Source of the DNA: Fimbriimonadia bacterium
GTDB lineage: Bacteria; Armatimonadota; Fimbriimonadia; Fimbriimonadales; JABRVX01
Length of the DNA stretch: 64,000 nucleotides
Reading direction: 5' to 3'
NCBI GenBank assembly: GCA_041483895.1
Contig: JBGPGO010000003.1
Span: forward strand, 160,001 to 224,000
This document shows, one piece after another, positions 57,929 to 64,000 of this stretch; position 1 is the stretch's first letter, and every line of letters begins with the position of its first letter. Below the pieces are notes generated by a model. That model was not told where the DNA came from, searched no databases, and was given only the letters and a program-made list of their open reading frames with translations. The position numbers and the translations under genes were made by a program.

Positions 57929-60118
57929 GTGGTGGCGACCCTCGATCTTTCCATCCTGAATCCGGCGCAGCGCGAAGCTGTCATGCATCCCGGCGGGCCT
58001 CTGCTCATCTTTGCGGGCGCCGGGAGCGGGAAAACGCGGGTCATAACCTATCGAATTGCCCGTCTGGTTGAAGAGGGCGTCCCACCCTATCGGATCCTTG
58101 CTGTGACGTTCACCAACAAGGCCGCAAACGAAATGAAAGAGCGGCTCGCAGACCTGCTGGGGGATCGAATCCGGAGCCTCTGGGTAGGGACATTCCACTC
58201 CACCTGCAGCCGGATTTTGCGGGAATCGGGAGAGGCAATCGGGGTGGACCGCGGCTTCGTCGTTTACGACGATGACGATCAACTTTCGCTGATCCGCCAA
58301 ACGCTCAAGGAATTGGGAATCGACGACAAGCAGTTCGCGCCACGTGCCGTTCTGAGCGCTATCAGCCGGGCAAAAGAGAAGCTGATTTCCGCGGAACAGT
58401 TCCCGGAGATGTTCTCTTCGTACTTTGACCGGATTGTGGCCCAGGTCTACCCGGTATACCAAAGGAAGCTGAGGCAGAGCGGCGCGCTGGACTTTGACGA
58501 TCTGATCTTCACGACCGTCCGCCTGCTCCGCGAGCGGGAAGACGTGCTCGCCAAATATCAAAATCGATTCGAGCACCTATTGGTCGACGAGTATCAGGAT
58601 GTGAATCAGTCTCAGTACGTTTTGGTCCAGCTTTTGGGCGGCGCACATGAAAACGTAACCGTTGTGGGAGATGACGACCAGTCCATTTACGGTTGGCGCG
58701 GGGCGGATGTATCCCTCATCCTGCGGTTCAGCAGCGATTATCCGAACGCCAAAGTCGTCACATTGGAGCAGAACTACCGCTCGACGCAACGAATTTTGGA
58801 GGCCGCGAACGACGTCGTGCGCAACAACCGCAGCCGCGCTTCTAAAAAGCTATGGACCGACAACTCGGAAGGGACTCCGGTTACGGTCACGATGTGCGGG
58901 ACCGAGCATGACGAGGCTCAGCTCGTTGCCAAGACGGTCCAGCAGGAGCTTGCGGCGGGAAAACGGGGCTTCCGGGATTTCGCCGTTCTGTACCGTACGA
59001 ACGCTCAATCCCGCGTGTTTGAGGAGGTGTTCCTCAGCCTTCGCATCCCGCATCAAATTGTTGGCAGCATCCGATTCTATGAGCGCAAAGAGATCAAGGA
59101 CATGATCGCTTATCTCCGCGTCCTCGCCAACCCGATCGACTCCATTTCCATCAAGCGCATCATCAATACCCCGGTGCGCGGGATTGGGGCGACAACCATC
59201 ACGGCTCTCGAACAGCACGCCGGCGATTTCGATCAAACCCTGTGGGATGCCCTCAACGACCCGGATGTGCTCAACCGCTTCGGCGCGGGGCCAAAAAAGA
59301 AGCTGATGGAGTTTGTCAAGCTGATCACCCGTCTGCGCGAACTGCCGCTCAATGGTCCGGTCACGCCGACGTTGGAGGCTGTCCTTACAGAATCCGGCTA
59401 CCTCCAGGCCTTGGAAGCGGAGCACACTTTGGAAGGGCAGGACCGCGCCGACAACGTCCGGGAGCTCTTGACCGTCACGGAGGAATACGATAACAGCGCC
59501 GATCCGCCATCGCTGGGTGAATTCTTGCAGAATGTCGCCCTGGTAAGCGACGCGGATTCGGTGGGTGAAAAGGCCAATTCCGTGGTCCTGATGACGCTGC
59601 ATACCGCGAAGGGGTTGGAGTTTCCCGTGGTCTTCCTAACAGGCTTGGAAGAAGGGGTGTTTCCGCATGCCCGATCGCTGGCATCGGATTCGGAAACGGA
59701 AGAAGAGCGGCGACTCTGCTATGTCGGGATGACCCGGGCCAGGGAAGAGCTGCATCTCACATTGGCGAGCCGCCGATCATTTCGGGGCCAGGCCCAATTC
59801 AATCCGCCGTCTCGATTCATCAAGCACCTTCGCCAAGAGCGGATCGCCACGTTGGGAGGATCCATCCAACCGACGATTGGCACTCGGCCCGGGACGCAGC
59901 GCTCGAGCCAAGTGGCCGCCATGATGGAGACACCGCACCATGACGACTACGAGGCCCCGTTCAACGTGGGGCAGAGAGTGCGGCATCCGAAGTTCGGAAG
60001 CGGCGTGGTTGTCGCCTGCGCCCGCGTGGGAGATGACAGCGAAGTCACAGTCGCATTTCCTGGTATTGTTGGAATTAAGAAGCTTTTGCAAAGATTCGCC
60101 CAACTGGAGCCGCTGTAG
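57929..60118 (+). CDS. pcrA: ATP-dependent DNA helicase PcrA/UvrD
   Basis: AGAGSGKT, VDEYQD, QNYRS, TLHTAKGLEF, EERRLCYVGMTRA, Tudor-like tail. Confidence 0.96.
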   Translation: MVATLDLSILNPAQREAVMHPGGPLLIFAGAGSGKTRVITYRIARLVEEGVPPYRILAVTFTNKAANEMKERLADLLGDRIRSLWVGTFHSTCSRILRESGEAIGVDRGFVVYDDDDQLSLIRQTLKELGIDDKQFAPRAVLSAISRAKEKLISAEQFPEMFSSYFDRIVAQVYPVYQRKLRQSGALDFDDLIFTTVRLLREREDVLAKYQNRFEHLLVDEYQDVNQSQYVLVQLLGGAHENVTVVGDDDQSIYGWRGADVSLILRFSSDYPNAKVVTLEQNYRSTQRILEAANDVVRNNRSRASKKLWTDNSEGTPVTVTMCGTEHDEAQLVAKTVQQELAAGKRGFRDFAVLYRTNAQSRVFEEVFLSLRIPHQIVGSIRFYERKEIKDMIAYLRVLANPIDSISIKRIINTPVRGIGATTITALEQHAGDFDQTLWDALNDPDVLNRFGAGPKKKLMEFVKLITRLRELPLNGPVTPTLEAVLTESGYLQALEAEHTLEGQDRADNVRELLTVTEEYDNSADPPSLGEFLQNVALVSDADSVGEKANSVVLMTLHTAKGLEFPVVFLTGLEEGVFPHARSLASDSETEEERRLCYVGMTRAREELHLTLASRRSFRGQAQFNPPSRFIKHLRQERIATLGGSIQPTIGTRPGTQRSSQVAAMMETPHHDDYEAPFNVGQRVRHPKFGSGVVVACARVGDDSEVTVAFPGIVGIKKLLQRFAQLEPL

Positions 60119-60129
60119 GAGATTGTGAA

Positions 60130-60894
60130 TTGTTGAGAGACAACGCGCGATTGTGCTGGACGATAGGATTTGCGATTACGGTGCTTGCGCTGGGTTTAGT
60201 CGGATGCGCCTCAAGTCCAAAAGCCACAAAAAACACGTCGACTGATAAGGACCACGACATCAATGCCAACCCCGTCAGTCTCGACCCATCAAAGTACCCG
60301 ATTACGGATTTTTATCCGATGAAGTCCGGCATGGTTAAGGACTACGTCCGGTCGGAAGGATTCAAAAATTTTCCGGTGAAAGCCACGTTCGGTCAGGTTA
60401 CGGACAGTGGTGGCAAGAAGATGGTGATCGTCACGTCCGTGAGCTTGGACGACAAGGGTCAGCCTCGCCTTGATGCCAATAAGAAACCGATTCCGAAATC
60501 GGTGGAAACTCATTTGTGGGATCCGAACGCCGGCCTATTCATCGACGGAACGAAGGTGGGCGAAATTACCGCTGCCGGGCAAAAGGTTCTTCCCGCGAAA
60601 TGGGAAGAGGGCGCCCGATGGCAACGGCACATGCAGTTGGGTACCGCCAAAAAGCCCACCCCCGCGACGCTGTTCGGCGTCGTGGGAAAACCTGAGCGTG
60701 TCGATACGCCGGCGGGTCAATTTGAAGCGATGACTTCGGAAATTACGATTTCTTGGATCGCTGTCCAAAATGGTCGTCCAGGAACCGGTTCACTCTACAG
60801 CAAGTACTGGTTCGTCAAAGATTTGGGGATCGTTAAGGTGTCCCAAGAGTCAAACAACCAACGCGTCTCCCTGATGCTAGCAAAGAAGCCATGA
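60130..60894 (+). CDS. Hypothetical lipoprotein
   Basis: Lipobox LVGC; FYPMK.G, VDTPAGQF, WFVKDLGIVK. Confidence 0.7.
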   Translation: MLRDNARLCWTIGFAITVLALGLVGCASSPKATKNTSTDKDHDINANPVSLDPSKYPITDFYPMKSGMVKDYVRSEGFKNFPVKATFGQVTDSGGKKMVIVTSVSLDDKGQPRLDANKKPIPKSVETHLWDPNAGLFIDGTKVGEITAAGQKVLPAKWEEGARWQRHMQLGTAKKPTPATLFGVVGKPERVDTPAGQFEAMTSEITISWIAVQNGRPGTGSLYSKYWFVKDLGIVKVSQESNNQRVSLMLAKKP

Positions 60895-61487
60895 TCCATA
60901 CCTTCGCGCTGGCCATCCTGGCACAAAGCGCCGCTATCCCGGCCGAGCAATACCAGCCGCTCAAAATCGGGAACTCGTGGACATACCGACTGAAGGATGG
61001 AGCGAGAACTTCCGAATACGTTCACAAAATCAGCGGCATCAAAAAGACAGATGGGCGCAGCGCGTTCCTGATGGAGGTGGTGGTGAAGGGCAAGCCCATT
61101 TCCAGCGCACTCCTCTATTGGTCACTCGACGGTCTGCGACAGTCGGAAAGCGGAACCGTGAAAATGACTCCCCCGCCCATCGAGTTCCGACTCCCGCCGA
61201 AGCTGGGGAGCAAGTGGACGTGGAGCGGCACGGCAACGATCTCCGGCATGGACTGCCCGGCAAAGGCGGACTGCTCCATATCCGGCACGGGAAAGGTGAC
61301 GGTGCCGGCCGGAACGTTCCTCTGCCTGGTTGTGACGAAGAAGGTTCATATGATGGTGCAAGGAAAGCCGTATTACTTTGTTTTGACGGAATGCTACAGC
61401 CAGGGTGTGGGACTCGTGAAGACCACCAACAGCTCGCCGGAACGCAAATCCGTGGCAGAGCTCATGACGTACAAGTTGGTGAAATAG
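60891..61487 (+). CDS. Hypothetical exported protein, paralog of the upstream gene
   Basis: YQPLKIGNSWTY, VTVPAGTF, YSQGVGLVK. Confidence 0.7.
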   Translation: MIHTFALAILAQSAAIPAEQYQPLKIGNSWTYRLKDGARTSEYVHKISGIKKTDGRSAFLMEVVVKGKPISSALLYWSLDGLRQSESGTVKMTPPPIEFRLPPKLGSKWTWSGTATISGMDCPAKADCSISGTGKVTVPAGTFLCLVVTKKVHMMVQGKPYYFVLTECYSQGVGLVKTTNSSPERKSVAELMTYKLVK

Positions 61488-61488
61488 C

Positions 61489-62247
61489 ATGCTTTTGTCC
61501 GGGAAGAAGGGCGTTGTTTTCGGCGTCGCCAACAAATACTCCATCGCCTGGGCGGTCTGCCAATCGGCGGTGGAAAACGGCGCGCAGGTGGCGATTGGAT
61601 ATCAGGACGAGCGCATGAACGATAGCGTGCTGAAGCTGATCGACGGAGACGAGCGCTTCATGGCCTATCAGTGCGATTTGAACAAAGAAGATGACATCGT
61701 CGCGCTTTGTCGTGCTCTCCAATCCGATTACGGCACGATCGATTTTTTGGTCCATAGCGTGGCGTATGCGCAGCGCGACGATCTGGGGGGACGGTTTGTC
61801 GATTGCTCGCGGGAGGGGTTCAAGATTGCGTTGGAGACCAGTTGCTACACGCTGGTGGCGGCCTGCCGGGCGCTGGAGCCGCTCATGAACGAGGGCGGGA
61901 GCATAGTGACGATGACCTACCTGGGCAGTGAGCGTGTGGTGCCGATCTATGGGATCATGGGGATCGCCAAAGCGGCGTTGGAAAGCGCGACAAGGTATCT
62001 GGCGTATGATTTGGGACCGAAGAATATCCGGGTCAATGCCTTGTCGCCGGGGCCGATTGGGACTGTTGCGGCCCGCAGCATCCCCGGCTTTAGCAACATG
62101 GCTTCCGAAATGAAAGGCACACAGCCCCTGAAGCGCGAGGTGGCGCAAACCGAAGTGGGGGACGCGACGCTATTTCTTTTGAGCGAGCTGTCGCGCGGGA
62201 TCACCGGCGAGGTGATCTTCGTGGACGGCGGATTCCATTTGCTATGA
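61489..62247 (+). CDS. fabI: Enoyl-ACP reductase
   Basis: GVANKYSIAW, HSVAYA, Y..MG.AKAALE, RVNALSPGPI. Confidence 0.95.
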   Translation: MLLSGKKGVVFGVANKYSIAWAVCQSAVENGAQVAIGYQDERMNDSVLKLIDGDERFMAYQCDLNKEDDIVALCRALQSDYGTIDFLVHSVAYAQRDDLGGRFVDCSREGFKIALETSCYTLVAACRALEPLMNEGGSIVTMTYLGSERVVPIYGIMGIAKAALESATRYLAYDLGPKNIRVNALSPGPIGTVAARSIPGFSNMASEMKGTQPLKREVAQTEVGDATLFLLSELSRGITGEVIFVDGGFHLL

Positions 62248-63134
62248 CGCGGCCTCCTCTCCTCGCCGTGCCGAACTTTTCCGAGGGCCGCTGCTACCAT
62301 TTCTATCGCACGATGAAGGCTCTGATCGCCCAACACAAGGTGTACTTGCACTCTATCGGCTGGGATGTGGATCACAACCGCACGGTCGTGGCGATTTCCG
62401 GTGACCCGGAGCCGCTTCAAAACTGCCTGCAGTCGCTAGCGGTGTTTGCCCTGCAATTGATTGACATGCGGCGGCACCGGGGCGTCCATCCCCGAATTGG
62501 GGCGATGGATGTCGTCCCCGTCATCCCGACCGAACCACAGCATGAAGAGATGGCTCAGGAGTTCGTGTTGACTTTGGCGGAGTTCATCGGTATGTTGCCC
62601 ATTCCGGTTTTCCTCTACGGCCGATCCGCTCGGCCCGGCCGGATTTCGGAGCTGCCGGCCTTGCGGAAAGGGCAGTTCGAGGGATGGGCGGACAAGGAGC
62701 TGACCGGCGACCACGCGCCGGATTTTGGGATGCAGTTCTTGCATCCGTCGGCCGGCGCCTGCATCATCGGCGTGCGGGGCCCTCTCATTGCATTTAATGT
62801 AAATTTGTGGGATCCCGATCCGGCGTTGGCCAAGGAGATAGCGGCGGCGATTCGGGCGGAGCGGACCAACAAGCCGAAGCTGCCCGGCGTGCAGTCGATG
62901 GGGGTTCCGCTGGAATCACGTGGGATGTCCCAGGTCTCGACGAATATCACCGAACCGGACCGCGTTGGTATTGCGGATGTTTTCGCGTTCGTTCGAGGCC
63001 ATGCCCTGGAAAAGACCGCCTGGTCCGAGCTGATCGGCGTCATCCGCCGGTCCGACCTCGCTCGCGCGGAGGCTCTGCCTATCTTCGAGGGGATGGAACT
63101 TCGCTACTACGCGGAGCAGGTGCTGGATTATTAA
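62244..63134 (+). CDS. ftcD: Glutamate formiminotransferase (stand-alone FT domain)
   Basis: VPNFSEGR, DHNRTV, H.GVHPRIGAMDVVP, LIAFNVNL, QVSTN, SELIG. Confidence 0.88.
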   Translation: MTRPPLLAVPNFSEGRCYHFYRTMKALIAQHKVYLHSIGWDVDHNRTVVAISGDPEPLQNCLQSLAVFALQLIDMRRHRGVHPRIGAMDVVPVIPTEPQHEEMAQEFVLTLAEFIGMLPIPVFLYGRSARPGRISELPALRKGQFEGWADKELTGDHAPDFGMQFLHPSAGACIIGVRGPLIAFNVNLWDPDPALAKEIAAAIRAERTNKPKLPGVQSMGVPLESRGMSQVSTNITEPDRVGIADVFAFVRGHALEKTAWSELIGVIRRSDLARAEALPIFEGMELRYYAEQVLDY

Positions 63135-63155
63135 GACACAAATAGCGAAATCCAA

Positions 63156-63321
63156 GTAGCCGCAGTTCCTCGCGCCGATGTCCATTGGAATTTCCACCCC
63201 CAAGAACTGCGAAATCCCGTTGGAGTTGACACGTCGTATCGGTATTGGCAATTCCGCATGCGTTGCGCGGTTCTTGTGGTCGTCGATTCCCGCCGTTGTC
63301 GGCACGCGGAACCGCGGCTAC
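63156..63321. repeat. GTAG-bounded REPIN-like element
   Basis: GTAGCCGCAGTTCC..AAGAACTGCG and CGCGGTTCTT..GGAACCGCGGCTAC. Confidence 0.85.
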
Positions 63322-64000
63322 GCACAGAGCGCGACGATCTTTTGTGCCGCCTCTTGCATAGTGGCTGCTCCGGTGATTTTGGAGCCTTCCAGCAATGCCA
63401 GTCCTTCCGCCGCGCGGGTGCCTTCCAGTCGCAGGACGACGGGAACGCGGATGGAGAGGGAAGACATCGCCTCCAAAATCCCTTTCGCCACTTCGTCGCA
63501 GCGGGTGATGCCGCCGAAAATATTAATAAGGAGCCCCCGCACGTTCTCGTCCATCAGCACCAGCTCCACCGATTTGCGAACCTGGTCGGCCTGCGCGCCG
63601 CCGCCGATGTCCAGGAAGTTGGACGCCTTGCCACCCGCCCGCGCCACCTCGTCCAGCGTGCACATCACCAGCCCCGCGCCGTTGCCGATCACCCCCACAT
63701 GCCCGCCGAGCCGCACGTAGGCGATGCCGCGCCGGTGCGCCTCCGCCTCGATCGGGTCGTCCGCCGACTCGTCTTGTAGCGCGGCGAACTCCTTCTGCCG
63801 GTACAGCGCGTTGTCGTCAATCAGCACCTTCGCGTCCGCCGCCAGCACCTTGCCCTCTGGCGTCACCGCGCACGGATTGACCTCCACCATCGAAGCATCC
63901 ACGCCGTAGTAGACCTTGACCAGCCCCTTGATCAGCGCGCCCAACTGCCTATGGTCCACTTCGTCGATCCCAGCCTCTCGCAGCAGATTGCGGACCTGAA
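63318..64000 (-). CDS. sucC: Succinyl-CoA synthetase beta subunit, C-terminal part (truncated by window end)
   Basis: EVNP, DDNALYR, GNGAGL, NFLDIGGG, NIFGGITRCD, RLEGT. Confidence 0.95.
   Translation of the reverse strand, partial: QVRNLLREAGIDEVDHRQLGALIKGLVKVYYGVDASMVEVNPCAVTPEGKVLAADAKVLIDDNALYRQKEFAALQDESADDPIEAEAHRRGIAYVRLGGHVGVIGNGAGLVMCTLDEVARAGGKASNFLDIGGGAQADQVRKSVELVLMDENVRGLLINIFGGITRCDEVAKGILEAMSSLSIRVPVVLRLEGTRAAEGLALLEGSKITGAATMQEAAQKIVALCA

Overview
GC-rich bacterial chromosomal segment. PEP-CTERM/exosortase, dockerin-like C-terminal tails, cdaA-cdaR and jag together suggest Armatimonadota or a similar lineage (inference only). It carries housekeeping genes (rpmH-rnpA-yidD-yidC-jag, cdaA-cdaR, rsmA, gltX, lon, moaC-mog-tatD, pcrA, fabI, partial sucC), three tRNAs (Leu-CAG, Trp-CCA, Lys-TTT), an exopolysaccharide/exosortase locus (about 33.6-48.7 kb), two PEP-CTERM proteins and two surface proteins sharing a dockerin-like tail. 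The most notable signals are missed by the ORF track. Two genes have in-frame TGA codons, each followed by a GGU-loop hairpin typical of bacterial SECIS: a SelN-like thioredoxin-fold protein (CTU motif, 1849-3084) and a TlpA/Prx-like redoxin with C-terminal KPGUGSK, which sits behind four tandem paralogous small membrane proteins. Other signals: a circularly permuted sugar-binding lipoprotein; GTAG-bounded REPIN-like elements that supply stop codons; repeat-derived in-frame insertions in rsmA; a possible attenuator RNA before the c-di-AMP cyclase; a sigma54 promoter on a PEP-CTERM gene; and two GNAT genes that may start at ATC. All family calls come from motif recognition by eye; no database search was run.
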